Under the pieces are notes generated by a model, which was not told where the DNA came from, searched no databases, and saw nothing but the letters and a program-made list of their open reading frames with translations. DNA of 64,000 nt, from contig OZ234494.1 of NCBI GenBank assembly GCA_965153455.1, forward strand, positions 6,076,001 to 6,140,000. Reading direction: 5' to 3'. The translations under genes were made by a program, and so were the position numbers. Within the stretch, counting starts at the first letter, position 1. Each line of letters begins with the position of its first letter. Below are positions 36,722 through 51,300 of the stretch, piece after piece. Source of the DNA: Sphagnum compactum (taxonomy: Eukaryota).

Positions 36722-37975
36722 CTACAACACATCCCCTCTTCCTCGCTGCCGGCTCCTCCGCCTACGACTTGTTGAACCTGCTCCCCCATCCACATTAGTA
36801 CTAGTCCCTTGCCCATAATTTGTGCCCCCACGCCCATTGCTGCCTTGAAGACTCTCCCCCCACAATGCCCCCCTCATCTGGCTGTTCCCAGAATGATGGT
36901 ACCTTCCTCTGACCCTAGATGGCAGTCCTCTTCCCCCTGCCATCGATGGACCAAACACCTGACACAACAAGAACACTGTCCACCAGTTCCCTTCATCACC
37001 AGGAAAATCACTTATATCCTCCTCTTCATGATCTTCCTCATCACCATCAATTACATAATCCCCAAGAACTGTGGCACCTGGCATAGCTGACTGTATGGTG
37101 CTCAGTACATCACCTAGATCCCTTGCCCGCTCTAATTGCCACCAGTCCCGCTGCCTTGCTGGATCAACATCACAGGGACGTGCTGAAGGATGCATGCCCC
37201 GTGCATGCTTCCGCAGGTCCTCATAAGGTCCACTAAATCCACAAGCTTCATGTGCACAGTTCCTTATCTTGCGATTGAGATGCTGCCGGGCAGCATCAAC
37301 AACCCTCCACCCTTCCACTTTGCCTCTGCAAAGAGGGCACAGCAAGTCCCCTACATCAGCCTCCATACCTGATGCAGCTCCTTGTAAGAGCTCCAATGAC
37401 TCACTTCCATCAGCACCCTCTCTTCCCAAATCAACTTCCACAGAGGATCCTCTGCTCATATTCTCAGCCCCTCTTACCACAAGCCCTCGCATAGCCAACC
37501 CTGTTGGTGTTGCAGACATCTCCCCCTCCACCTGCTCCTCCTCCAATCTCTCACTTCTTCTCAATGAGATCCCCGTTACTATCCCCCTAGGTCTCCCTAC
37601 ATCTATTGTCAGCGACTCCTGAGATGACCTATCATGGGTTAAGCTGGAAGCACTGCCTAATGGCCTGTCCACAGCCTTGTCTGAGGAGTCATGAGCTTTT
37701 CTGTATTGGTCCAGGCAGTTTGAGTGCCGGTAGCTGGTGTCACACATATATGGGCGACAACCCTTGTCATGGGATGCACAAATTAGCAGAACTGCATTAT
37801 GGGGATGCTCCATACAAATAGGGCAAGTGGCCTCCTCCCACTCTTTCTTCCATTCACTGTCATCCACAAACTTCGATGAGCTTGCCACTCCCCTGCCATA
37901 ACTAGAATAAGGCTTGTACAGCACGCCCTGTGACTTTGGTGACAATAGAGAGCGGCTGCTAGGATCTTTGGGCAT
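36722..37975 (-). CDS. DUF1644 family zinc-finger protein, 417 aa, single coding exon
   Basis: Hallmark motifs WEEATCPICMEHPHNAVLLICASHDKGCRPYMCDTSYRHSNCLDQY, LLCPLCRGKVEGW, C..EACGFSGPYEDLRKHAR..HPSARP..VDP.RQRDW..LE..RDLGDVLSTI...PGA.VLGDYVI. Confidence 0.95.
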   Translation of the reverse strand: MPKDPSSRSLLSPKSQGVLYKPYSSYGRGVASSSKFVDDSEWKKEWEEATCPICMEHPHNAVLLICASHDKGCRPYMCDTSYRHSNCLDQYRKAHDSSDKAVDRPLGSASSLTHDRSSQESLTIDVGRPRGIVTGISLRRSERLEEEQVEGEMSATPTGLAMRGLVVRGAENMSRGSSVEVDLGREGADGSESLELLQGAASGMEADVGDLLCPLCRGKVEGWRVVDAARQHLNRKIRNCAHEACGFSGPYEDLRKHARGMHPSARPCDVDPARQRDWWQLERARDLGDVLSTIQSAMPGATVLGDYVIDGDEEDHEEEDISDFPGDEGNWWTVFLLCQVFGPSMAGGRGLPSRVRGRYHHSGNSQMRGALWGESLQGSNGRGGTNYGQGTSTNVDGGAGSTSRRRRSRQRGRGDVL

Positions 37976-39990
37976 CTTGACTAGCCCTCCCTATCCTGCT
38001 CTGTGGTTGCAACATCAGTTACATGTACCAAAAAAAACATATGCCACACAGACACAGGTACCCAAGTCTAAACAAGCATATACAGACTAAAATATAGACA
38101 CCCATCTCATAAGCACATGCATAAGAGTCACCACTTAATACACACAATTACAGATAACCAGTCATTTTACTGCATCCAGAATGAGAGAGATCAAATGAGA
38201 CTAGATTGACAAAAACACAAACAGCACCCTTCACTTCCTCTTTCAGACAGAGTGAGCAACCTCCGAGCCTGTGCTGCTCCATTGACTTTGTGCCATTAGA
38301 CCACCCTGAGCCAAGTTTGGGAGGAGCAAGAGGAGTGCAAGGAGGAGTAACAAGATTGACTGGCAGGCTACATGATTATGGCAAACCCTTCCTCAAAAGT
38401 TGACCAGAAGTTGGAGTTACAGTTTGTTCAGATCTCTCAAATAGCTCTACAAATCTCTTAAATAAGCAAAAATTCTCGAAGATGCAAGGACTGTAAGGAC
38501 TCAGGCTGAAACAGCGGAAAGGACACTGGGGAAGCACCTAAGAGAAGGTGCTGCTAAGCAGAGGGCCACACCAAACTCCAGATTTGCTATTGGAAAGAAA
38601 CTCTCAAACAAGCACCTCCAGAGAGACAGTGACAATCAGAATGAGGAGAGAAGGGAGCAGGAGTGTGAGAGAGTTGATGGTTACAAAGTCTTGGCAGGAC
38701 ACTCTGAGCAGATGCTCCAATGGATATACATCCAAGGACCAAGTGTGATACTTGCATATGATCTGACAGACAAGACAAAACTGTTGGGGACTCAAATCAT
38801 GCAGGAAAATCTAAACAAAGTGTCTCTCCACTGAAGCACAAAACTGAAAACATGATTCTTCTAGGTGGCAAGTCATATCCTCATGATCCGGGAAAGGTCA
38901 GCAAAGGAGAAAACAGAAAACCTCATCATATACCTACTCCAAACAAGAATCACAGAGGGATTTCCTGCAACCCCATATCTGCTTCCACATACAACAACCC
39001 CCCAGCAAAATCTGTGTCCAACTAGTACAATCTTGCACACTACAACAGAGGCCTAACTGCCATACAATTGCCACGCCCTTCCACAAAGAGACAAGTTGAC
39101 GACCCAGGGTAATGTTTAAGATGCATGACACCTGAGATTTTTTGCTGATAGATCTCCCCAAACAACGGCCGGTACGCTTGTCTCCTGGCGTCCCACTTCT
39201 TCCTAAGAAAAAGCACAAGTACAGACCACATCAGATGTGACAAACTTGTAAGATCCGTTCCCGACGGCAGAGTCTAAGCAGACAAAACCATACATACTAT
39301 AGTAAGCGTCATAAGACATAATTCCACGAAGAATCAGCAGCCAGAACACAAGAAAAGCCCTCCCCCTCCCTCCCGACCATGATACAAACCCGCCCGAGCA
39401 ACGTCGGCTCCGGACCCTCTTCGTCCCTCTTGGCCGTGAAGGAAAACCAAGGAGAGACAAGAAAAAGCACACAACAACAGAGATGTCGACAGACAGCCAG
39501 ACAGACGGAGACAGGGATGGCCTGGAAGGAAAGAGAGAGGGCAAGGGTAAGAAGAAGAGCAAGCAAGCCCTAAGCAGCAAGCAAACAAACGACAGATGAG
39601 GGAAAGGAGAGACACAAACAGGATCAACGATGCAAGGAAAGAGATGCTATTACTATGTCATACCTTCACGCAACGCTGCTCCGCTCGCCTGCACTCTCGG
39701 CGAAGCTTATGACTTAGTCCTCCTCCTCCTCCTCCTCCTCGGGCAAAATCACCAGATCAATTCCGCGGAAGACTGCGACCCCACAAGCCACAGAAGACGA
39801 AGAGAGAAAAAACAAACAAGAGATGATTAGGGAGAGAAGAACACAGAGACGGAGATGCAAATTTAAGCTGCTGCCGGTGGGAGATGGCAGCGAGCAAATT
39901 GCTCCAGGGATCGAGAGGGGTCGGTGGAGCGACAAGGAGATCTGTACTGCGGAGCAGAGCACCTCCTCCCTCCCTCTCTCTCTGCCCACA
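37976..39990 (-). other. 5' UTR of the DUF1644 gene: non-coding first exon (~39990-39664) and ~1.6-kb leader intron
   Basis: GC/CT-rich ATG-free segment ending in AAG|GTATGA at ~39664 on the minus strand; candidate CAG acceptors ~20-27 nt upstream of the ATG. Confidence 0.55.
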
Positions 39991-40019
39991 CAACAGCACA
40001 GCCCAGCATTGTGCCATGT

Positions 40020-40620
40020 ATAGCCAAAATGCCACATTAAAAAGTAAAACTACTAAAAATATGCTTTTTGAGATTTTCAATAGCCATAATTGGACCAAGA
40101 TTTAAGAAAATTTGACAGATTTCTATATATGGTTCAACTATATAGCCAAAAATATCGAAGGATTTTTTCAAATTTTACTTTCATATCTAACTTGTAGCCA
40201 TATTTGGCTAAATCTTGCTGTGGATCATCGCCACATTGGATATAGCATAAAATTGTGTGAAAAAAAACACTGGCATAGTCCTTTCTTCTGTTACGGCCTT
40301 CTGTTACAGCTTAGGGCCTAGGCTTCTGGGCCGCCACGCGGCGGCCTGCTGTTACAGCCTGGCCTCTCGCAGCCCCACCTCGCCCCCCCCACTCTCTGGC
40401 CTTTTCTTTGCTGGCTATCTATGGCCAAAAAGAAAAATTAAAAGTGCTTTAAAATCACTTTTTTTTGGAGATTTTCAATAGCCAGAAATTCAAACCAAAT
40501 TTAAGAAAAACCTCCAGATTTTTAGTAGCCAAAAATATAAAGGACGTTCAATTGTTTTTGCTTTTATATTTAGTTTGTTGCCAGTTTCGGCTAAATCTTC
40601 CTATGGATGATTGCAACTAA
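40020..40620. mobile_element. Two copies of a short gene-flanking dispersed repeat (MITE-like); relatives at ~4015-4290, ~42470-42630, ~60545-60800 and ~61360-61440
   Basis: Shared motifs GAGATTTTCAATAGCCA, AGCCAAAAATAT..AGGA and TTTGGCTAAATCTT...GGATGAT recur at these sites. Confidence 0.6.
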
Positions 40621-41049
40621 GAGTTCATTTAGTTTCTCTATCTATTCTTCAAATCTATCATCCAAATAATACACATTGATTTTTTCGGTTTTGTAACTTG
40701 GGTGCATCATGGCTGTTGTTTTTTTTTTTCTTTTCTTTAGGGTTTGGATGAATTGTTGATTCATTACATACTATTGTAGTTTATGCCATTAGCTCAAGTG
40801 TGAATTGGTTACCCAACTAATTTTTTTCCCTCCAAGACCTTTTTTTTTTGTTTTTTTGTTGGGTCTAAATTTAATTTCCGATGACAAAAACTATTCCCAT
40901 ATCTTAAGTTTAAAATTTTCAAAATCACCTTGGTTAAATCTTACTCATCAAAAAAAGGCTTTCCAACAATACCCAAGAGCATGCCCAAAATCCCTTATAG
41001 ATTTTAGTTTTGATTTAAATAAAAATTCAACCAAAAAAAATATAAAACA

Positions 41050-41215
41050 TCATTTGGGTGCAAGCTCCATGGCCATGTACAGAATATACTATATGGAAGA
41101 ATATGGTGGCTTCTCCCAAGTCCGGGTTGTGCTTAGTCTTGCGAGTTTAAGTTGCCCGTGGCCTGTCCTAACACCAAAAGTGCTTTTGTTATGCACTAAC
41201 CAACTTGTTGTTTGA
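41050..41215 (+). mobile_element. Internal fragment of the solo-LTR family
   Basis: ATACTATATGGAAGAATATGGTGGCTTCTCCCAAGTCCGG...CACCAAAAGTGC...GCACTAACCAACTTGTTG matches ~53320-53450 and ~2540-2670. Confidence 0.75.
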
Positions 41216-43599
41216 TTTTTCAACATTCATAACTTCTCAATTGTAGGTCAAAAACTTATGAATTCAACTTGATGCACCCTTACTCATCAAGGGCTTCCCA
41301 TTGGTATGAAGAGTGAAGCAAGAAGTCACTATGGTTTTCCTTGGTACCAAGAGTGAGGCTCTTAAGAGGTCATTATAGTTTGGGAAAATTTCAAGATGAT
41401 GTAAAACATTGTTGCATTTTATTTTATTTTTAAAATATTTTGATCTCTCATTGGGTTGAAAAAATTCATGTTCATCATCGACATTGCAATGATATCAAAC
41501 TTACATAATTCAAGAAATACTCTTCAAATTATCAAAATAACTTTTACTAGGGTGAAAGTTATTTATTAATCTGTCCCTCCTCACTATCCCTATCGCTACA
41601 ACATTGTCTATCTATGTGCAATATCATTCTTAAAGTGGCACTTTGTGTAGGAGAAAAGTTTTATCAACTGAGCCTTCTAAATTTGAAATCTTCCAAGCTC
41701 AAAAGGATATATGCTAATAAACCCTTCTCCTATACAAAAACAAAAGATACAAACTACCTTCATAGAGGATTTGATTTAGTTTGGTTATTTGGGGTTTGAA
41801 TAGTTCATCTTGGCTTATGTTTATGAGTTTGAAAGTCCATGATTATAAGTGTAACTATGAGTCATATATGTAAAAGCCTGAGGGGCCGGGCTTTTACATT
41901 GCATAAAAATCATCACATGTAAATTTATTTATTTTTATATTTATTTATTTATTTATTTATTTATCCTATGCTTTCCAATAGGTACCCATTGTGAGGAAGG
42001 AAAAAAACAACAATAAGAGCTTCCAAAACTTTGCCATTTCATTTTTTTCAAAACACTCACCCTCACTCAACAAAGCATGTCGTATTACACTTTTGTAAGA
42101 CGCCTTTGCAACTACACTAAAATAAAAAAAAATGCCCAGGTTTTTACTAAAGGCTTGTAAGTAGTACAATAAAGCTTCGAGGTGATCTCCGAGGAGGCGC
42201 CTATTGTGGCCACTCTTCTTGCGCTTTACCCATTGTAAAGCACAAGGTGAAGGGGCCATTGTGATCATGGTCATGTGCAACAAAGCACCAAAATTTATAA
42301 AACAAACAAAAGAGGCCAAGAGTAGGGGGCACAAGTTACTACTCATCGGGTCACCTTCTCCACATTCCATGTCAAGTTTGGGTGTGAAAATAAGATTTGC
42401 CCCTCATCACCACATTTTTGTGCATTTGTTGTCATTTATTTTTGCAATTCTTAGCTTCCATGTGTGGGCCCAATTTTGTGATGTAGTAGGCACACTAGCA
42501 ATCATCCACGAGAGGATTTAGCCAATTTTGGCTACAATACTACAGAGGGAAAAAAGTAGAAAATTTTAAGAAAACCTTCTATAGGTTGGTGACCCGGGTG
42601 AAACCCATTGAATAAATATGGTGAATTTAGACTTTTATTATCTAATACATAATGCATGCAAAGGTAAGCAATTACATTTCATAAAGCCCACCAGCTTTTT
42701 ACGCCTTGTAATGCGTAATTAATTTTCAAAATTCAAAAACTTCTAATCCCTACAATATTTAGAAGAACGGGTGTCAATAAGATGAAAATGTTTGTGTTGG
42801 GGAAAAACAATATAATATTTTTAAAATGTTTAGATATATTAAATACATCTTTTCAATCTTTTTATTCCTTTTATACTTTACCATGAGTCCATTTATATGA
42901 AAATGTGTATAATCAAGAGGAGTTACAAATGCCATGAATTTCTTGGCAATGAGTTTTCTTTGCAATTGTAACTACTAATGTGCTACTAGCCCAAGTGTGA
43001 ACAAGAATATGTAATTGCTTCAAGTCTAAACATGACCCTGATGAGAAGGCCCAATTGTGAAAATTTCAATTTTCAATTTTCAATTAATTTATAGTGACTA
43101 TGCACTCAGAAATTCAAAAAACAATGGGCTTACTCCCTCACCTTAAGTTTTAAAATTATGAAATTACCTTTATGAATTCCCACTCATCAAGTGTTTTCCA
43201 ACAACTAAAAGCTTACCCAACTCCCCAAATTACCATAGTATCTTTGGCAATTTTGGCATTTTAATGCCATTTTCTTTTTCAAATTTTCATTTTGGCAAAA
43301 ACAATGTAATAAAAAATTTAACTTTTAATCATTCTCAATATATTTGGAATTTTTGATAATTAGATATCATCTCAAATTGTGCATGGATGAATCTAACATT
43401 GATTCATTTTTTATTGTTATTTCTTGAAAGTATTCATAGCTTTGTTTTTCAAATTTTCATAGTTTTTTTATTCATTTTGAGGTTCCAAATTAATTTTCAT
43501 AAACACAAGAAAATAATTTAATGTGATTTTATCAAATTGTGTTTGATAACAGCAAGATGACAAAATAAAATAAAAATTTACCTAAGTTTGTTTGATAGA

Positions 43600-45350
43600 A
43601 ACAAGATGGAAAAATATTTTGTTTGAATGTTTTAATGAAAGATGGAAAATAAGAAATTGCAAGAAAATACACTTATTTTTATTTTCAAGTTCAAATCACA
43701 AGGAAAGAGAACTCAAATTACAACACGAGGTAAATTTATTCAATGCACATGTTGTACCAAACAACACCGTTTCAAAGCAAGTGGAAGATTGGTCAATAGG
43801 TAGGCCACAAAAGTTTGTTGTAAAGTTGTTATCAAACCATAAGGTCAAGCAAAAGCCAAGTGAAGGGCAAGAAAAAAGGATTAAAATGCAATAAAAGGCA
43901 AGGGGGGAGTACACCATTTGGTTTTTACCAAATTTTTAGCGGCCTATCATGGCAACTAGAAAGAAATATGGTAATAACTCACAAGCCTTGCACTTCCTCA
44001 AAACAACATACAAGAAGTCATGATTCCCAAGTTTATATGAGAAGCTAGAAGGGCAAGTTTATGGGATTGGTTTACACCCAAAACCAAACTACATTCATAC
44101 TAATTGCAAAGCAATTTGAGATCGTGATAAAGAAGAATAAACAAAATATGTTCATACTTGAAAAATACTTAGAGCTTTGAGATACATTGGTTATTATGCT
44201 ACAAGAAACAAAATAGAATAACCAACAACTTATTACATAAACCTTTTTATTATCTTACCCATAATGTGTGGCATGATAAAGTCTCTCACTCCTAAAACCA
44301 TTTGTGATGCACCTAAAGGTTTCAAGTGTAAAAGAAAATAGAAATTCATCAATTCTTCAAGCAATACATGAATTGAACTTTCAAAGTGGCAACAATTACA
44401 ACAAATAAATTTCCTACTAATTAGAAACATCAAAGGCAAGACATGAGTTTTTAACTTGTTTACCTTGTCAAAACATATGACATTTTTGCAACCTTAATGG
44501 TCAACAAAGACCAAATTGGAGTGCACCTTGTGCCAATAGCAAGAAAATGGGGATGGGAGAGCAAAGGTACAAAACATATCAAGGATAGAGGACAAGTAAC
44601 AATTCACACTTGTGATTTCATCTTATGTAAAAGGGTTGCTACTCCCCCCTCAAGTCATATTTACAAATACCACACAAAACTCTACCTCGAAACAATGAAA
44701 GAAATCTCATGTGCACCAATCATTGGTCAACTTTGGAAACCATAAAAAAATTGTTGAAAAACTCTTATTATTGTATCTACATCCACAAATTGAACAATTG
44801 ATTTTACCATTTAACATTAGAAAATAATTCAGTTGTTAGATTGCTTGGTTAATACACAAGAACAAAGAGTTTTTAAATTGCATGAAAGAAGATTACCCCA
44901 ACATTTTGGTCATATTCATTCTAGCAAATTGCACAAATGAACTGCAACTTACAAATGTGATTTTGCAACAACCACGAAAAATGTTTTTAAAGTTCAATTC
45001 CATACCTAGACAACAATAGTCATCAACGAGTAGATTGATAATGGACAAGAACCATGTGTTGACTTCAAGATGAATAGCTTCAAACCAAAAATGTGTAGTT
45101 AGTTACACATAACATGGACAAAGGTTAAAGAAATGAGGAACATGATTGTAAAGGGATGCAACAAGATAAAACTCACAAAAATGTTAAAACTTGATTTTCA
45201 ATTTGTTGCAAATTGGAGGCCAATGTTGATACACCAATATTCACAACGACTCAAGGCATTGAGGAACAAATGGAAGAACATTTGGATGTAGACCTTGCAT
45301 TACCACTATCAATCATTGTGGAATAGTGTTTGCAAGAAATTTTAGTTTCA
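43600..45350 (+). mobile_element. Degenerate DDE_1 (pogo/CENP-B-like) DNA transposase relic
   Basis: Fragments across frameshifts: VNKDQIGVHLVP..WESKGTKHI..DRGQVT..LPPQVIFT..NHWSTLET..LLDCL...MKEDYPNILVIFILANCTNELQLTNVILQQP, matching N.DQTG...DKRQ.T...LP.QVIF...HWS...LLDCW..H...VPA.CT.ELQP.D motifs. Boundaries approximate. Confidence 0.7.
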
Positions 45351-48300
45351 ATTCAACCATCAACTAAAGGTTTGAGCACTTCATGATTTAAAATGTGGCA
45401 ATTAGCTAGGGGACAAAATAGTGTGAAAAAAGGTTAAAGTTACACACCATAACATTTTGTCAAAAACTCTATAATATGTTTTGACATTAACCCATGACAT
45501 TTTCAAACTTTGAAACTTGCCTTTCACGTAATTGTTTCACAAATGCAATAACAAAACCTATAATATTATGAATGTTCAAACACATAATGAAAAACACTTT
45601 TGCACGATAGCTATTTGTTGTTGATGTTGTTGTTGCTCATGTTAAATTTGATGTAATTGCATTAGTACAAAACCATGGTTTTTATGCTAGTTTTTAAATT
45701 TTAATTTAGTCCAATTCTTAATCATAATGGACAATGGACAAGGAAAATTTAACTACATTCAAAATGAACCAATCATTTATGCCATAAACCTTATTGAATT
45801 CAAATGATTAAGATGATTGAAACATGTCAAACAACTTGATTGAAAAAAAATCAACTTGACTTAACATCCTACATGGCTTAATTAATTAATTAATTAATTA
45901 AAACCATTAAAAAAGAAACCATTACAAACTTACCAAGCTTCATAAGTTCACACAAATTATGTGCAAAATCTAGTTTTCATAGGTTCATACAAAAATCTCA
46001 TGAGTTCCATGTTATGTTAATAGGAATGATATTTTTACATATTCAATATTTTAAATAAACATCATTATGGATGAAACTTTATTTTTTAATGACGTGCATG
46101 AATGTTCAAGTTTAATAAACAAAAAAACATAGTTTTATGCAAAATTACATCATTATTATTACATTGATTTAATTAAAATGTAAATTGTATGTATTTCACA
46201 TCAAGACATCACAATGTATATATTATTTTATTTTATTTTTAAAAATATTTCATGTTATTTTTACACTTTGAAACCCACAACTTTTGCACGAACATATTCT
46301 ATTACGATTTTCACATAGATTCTATTGAAATTTTGTGATATTGGAAATTTGTGATGACTATCATATGTATAATTTATTGGCCTATCACATTGAATCTATT
46401 TTTGGATTAAACTACTTAGGAAAAAAATAGGTTCAATTAAATTACCAATAATCGCTAAACCCACATCTAGTCCTCCATTAGGTTTTTTTAATCATTATAG
46501 TATGTTATGTGTCAACTTTTTTGCATATGACATAAAAAAAGTTGAGTTCACCACATTTAGACTTTGTGGTCCTATAGGTAGCTAAAAAGCAAACATGATA
46601 CATGATATATATATATAATTCTCTTATAAATAAGCCTAGTTAAATCCAACTATGGATTGTTGTTAGTGTGGTTTCATCACAAGATTTCAAAAAAAACATG
46701 GACTTCAAGGCTTTAACCATCCAACCACAAAGTCAAAATGGTGAGAAATATTGAAATCTGAATAGATATACACATTAGATTAATTTTCAATATGCATTTG
46801 AAAAATTTAAATATAATGTCTTTAATAATGTGTAATTTTCAATTTTTCAATTTCATAAATTAAAAAATAAATTCAAGTCTCATGTGTCAAAAAATTACAT
46901 ATTAATTTGAATTTTTTTAAATTGGCTAGAAATTTGAGTATGATAATTTCATTACTTTTAAAACATGTAATTTCATACTTACATACAATTTAATATTTTT
47001 TTTGATGTCAACTACACAATGAAGCTAATTGAAAATTCTTTATATCATTATTATTATTATTATTCTATACTTAGGCTTTGAAAATAAATTTTTATTGGAT
47101 TTCCAATTAAATGTTTTACTAAAAACTTATTATATGTCTCCTACACCTTAAGTCTAAAAATTACAAAACCATCGCCATTATGGTCTCCTACACCTTAAGT
47201 CTAAATCCTACTCATTGAGGCCTTTACAACAACACCAATAATGTGCTTCAACTCATTAATCTAATTTTGAAATTGAATTTTCATCTTCACTAAAAATTAA
47301 ATATTCATTTATTAATAATATTTTAATGAAAACATAATTATATTCAAAATTCAATGGTTTAAAAATTATATAATCCATTGATTCCCATTCATTAAAATAT
47401 TTTTAAAAACACCAAGAATTTACCCCAAATCCTTTAACCTAAGTTTGAAATTAGAATTTCATTTTCACTCAAATTTGATGTGTCATTTGTTACTCAATTT
47501 TTCAATATAAAAATTATTACTCATTTTTTAGTATCTCTATGCACCTAGGTTTAAAAATTATGAAACCGCCACCATTAAATTCTAGTCATTAACATATTTC
47601 TAACAACACCAAAGACACGTTCAAATTTATTTAGCCTAAGTTTAATTTTTTATTTTCATTTTCACTAAAAATATAATTTTGATTTGTTATTAATTCTTCA
47701 AAGAAAAAACTTACTTGAGATTTTAAATCTCCTACTAATCATTAAAAAATTTCCAAAAATATCCAAAGCATGCCCCAATTGCCCCAAAATGCTTTCTTTT
47801 TTATTTCATTGAATTCTTGATGATAAAACCTAATTTCAATAATTTTTGCACCATAGGTCCAAAAACTTAATGCATCCCAATTCATTGAAGATCCAATGGT
47901 ACCAAAAGTGTGATAAAAGGTGTTGCAATTTTGGAGATCTGAATGTGACAAAATTTTAACATAAATAAACTACCTTACATATATAAGAGTAAGATTATTA
48001 TAAACAACAATTGAAACCATGAAAACTATACTAAACTTTCAAACGTTTTAGTAGTTAAACTTTAAACAAATGAATTACATAATTCTTTTCAATTTTAATG
48101 TTATCATATCATCAAAGGTAACACTACAGTCACAAGGTGTCACATTTGAATGACTATTTTTAGTCACATTAGTCAGAGTAATCAAATGTACAGTTCCACA
48201 TGGGTGCCACATTTGCCACATGTATAATATAATGTTTGATTTGATTATATAATTAATTCTCGAAGTCATAATCGACATACGTAATTTTAATATTACACAA

Positions 48301-51300
48301 ATTAAACACAATTAGTCATTTCAAACTAGTTACTTTGAATCTATATTCAATTTAATCATGATTTGACTAGCATAAAAATCATGTTTTATAGTATTGTTGT
48401 GTTGTTGGAAAATACAAGCATTTGATCATAATCCTTTAAATCATCACAGAGGTGGTTGTTATGGTTCAAATAATACAAATTATTTCTATTATTGAATTTG
48501 AAATCTAAGGTTTTTTCATTAAACATGTTCTATTACTATTGATGTTGCTATTGCAGCAAACCCCTTATATAAAAAATAATCACACACAATTGATGTTATA
48601 TACAAGTTTGCATAGAATCACATGCATGGTCATGATCCATAATATATAAAAATTTAATGACAAACAATACCTTTGTTTGATGATGATTGGTTGTAACGTT
48701 GACAAACAATAGGACAAGTGTGGCATGCAAATGTGTACTTGGTTGTGGAACTCATTGTTGTTGTTGTGGTTGTTGGTTGCTACCAACAAGTTTGTTGTTA
48801 TTGAAATAGTTGAATAAATGCTTGTAATTGTTGTGATTAGCTTGGTGTTGTGAATGGATGTTATTGTTGTTATTTATTCTATTGTACAAAAACCCTATCA
48901 AGCTATAAAATTATACCAAAATCACACACACACATTGATGAGACATGAACTTCTCGAGTGAAACCATAAGCCAATGTCGAAAACTTTAAATAAAAGTATA
49001 GGTAATATATGAAAAAAATGAAAACATGTTTAGGTATGTGTAGTGTGGAAAACTCACTAATCATTGTTTTGCATACTACTATTGCTATAACGTAAAATTA
49101 TTCTAAGCCAAAAAATTGATTATTAGTTGATGGTTGATGTTGTTGTTGTATAATTGGAACTTATACACCAAAAACACCATGTTTATTGCGCTCATAAAAC
49201 TTTATGTTTTTGAATTAGTACTCAATGACCTAAACTCCAAAAAGTGCAAGCAATTGTGGCCATTCCTTTCCATAGACATGCAATCGCTAGACCTACGATA
49301 ACCACCCCCCCGACCCCCACCCCACACACACACACAACCAACACTTTTGTCTAGAAAATATCAACTTGATGTTGTTGTTGGTGTTAAACAAGGTTACGTT
49401 GATGTAACTTATGATTGAAGATTGTTTGTTGCTACAGTTGGTTGTGCTATTTGTGCCACCATCATCACCCCATCTAAACACAAGTTAGGCAAAACTTTTA
49501 TATGAAACAAAGCTTAAGCATAAATGTTAAATCTTGTTGTACCCACAAGCAAGTTCAACCACTTTGAATAATGCCATGTATAATGTTAGAAAAGAATGCC
49601 ACTCACAAGTATGAATGGGAAAAACCTATTATTGTTGTTGTTGGATATTTTATTGTTGTTATTATTGTTGTTCAATATCAACAACTTTTTATTACTATTG
49701 AACCCCATTTCGTAGAACTTGTGCAAAATTTCGCATCAAAAGTTTTTTTACAAAAATGCATGTAAAAACAAACAATATACATGTTTTATAGACAACCTTG
49801 GAAATTTTAACTTTGACACAAGCTTTATGAGCTTGAAAACAAGTGCAAAAAAATGCAACAACCTAGTTAGTTTATAAGCAAAAATGAATAATATCCCTTT
49901 TGTTTTTTTCATGATCGCATTTGCTCACATGTTATTTCATGTACTACTTGGTTTCATCTATAAACATGCTAATTAGAAGCATGATGAATGTGTGTGACCT
50001 TCTTATAAACTTATGGCCATTGACAAGGATCAACTAAAAATGTCAAACACACATCAGAACTTTGATGACCTTCACCATGATCCAAGTGTATGTGTTTCAT
50101 ATATTATAAAATTGTGTGCAAGAAGTGATTGGAACTATATTACAGTTCTATTAATTTGTAGTGAAATGATCCAAACATTCATTGGATAGCTTGATGTGGA
50201 TGAAAGTGACTGTGTTTGTAACATATCCTACAACAAAATAAACATTCCCAACCCCTTTTGAGACAAACAAACATGGAGATTGCCAAAATATGTCCTTTTC
50301 AACGATTGTGTTATTTACAACAATGTTTTGGAGTGATGTAATGATTACAAACATAATGTTGGCCACCAGATTCAATATTACATCACATCAACTATATTGT
50401 TGCTAACAAATTGGCAAGCCTGCTTCAATGATGTCTCTTACACCTCAGTAGTTTCGTGTTGAAAAAAACTTTCATGTCACTTGACGTTTATTGACAAACA
50501 CACATGTAGCATAATTTTGAACATTATTGTTAGATGCAAAACATTTTCGAACATGAATTGCAAAAGAATGATGAAGATGTAATTAACATAATAGCATTGC
50601 AAAAAAGGCAATAGTTGTAACTCCATTTCTGAAGACAATAGTTGTTGCAGTCATGCTAGCTGCTGTAATAAATGTGAAGATGGTAAACACCCTCACAATC
50701 CCATTAGTTCCCAAGCTTATTATGACAACTATGGTTGTTCTTACCATTGCCACAATTGCATTATGGCAATATCCAATTTTTTAAAACATGTGTTGGCTTG
50801 AAGTTTTAAGAATTACAGTGGGTGTTGGCTAACATTTTTTTAAATTAAAAATTTTAATTATTTAGTGCCAAACCACCAAGGTATTATGATATTTAATTTG
50901 GATATTTAGATTTTTATTTGATAGAATTGTTCAATATTAAAAAAATTGCACACATTTAAAAACCACTTTGTTGCACCTTTATTCATTAAGAGCTTTTGAT
51001 GGTATCAAGCACACAATAAGGGCGATGTTGTGATTTGAAACCCTTTTACATCAAAGAGACCAAAAAAAAAAAAAACAAATTACCTTCCTTACAAGATAGA
51101 TTAATTTGACATGTGTCACTAGATCAAGTGTGAATTCGTTATTCAAATAGTTTGTCTTTTCAAAATTAATATATAGTTGAATTTTTAGTGGAAATTTATT
51201 AAAATTTCAATATGTATCATTACCCAACTAATTTTCCTTCCAAAACCATATTTTGTATTTTAATTGGATTTCCAATGACAAAACTATTCAAAATTCAATA

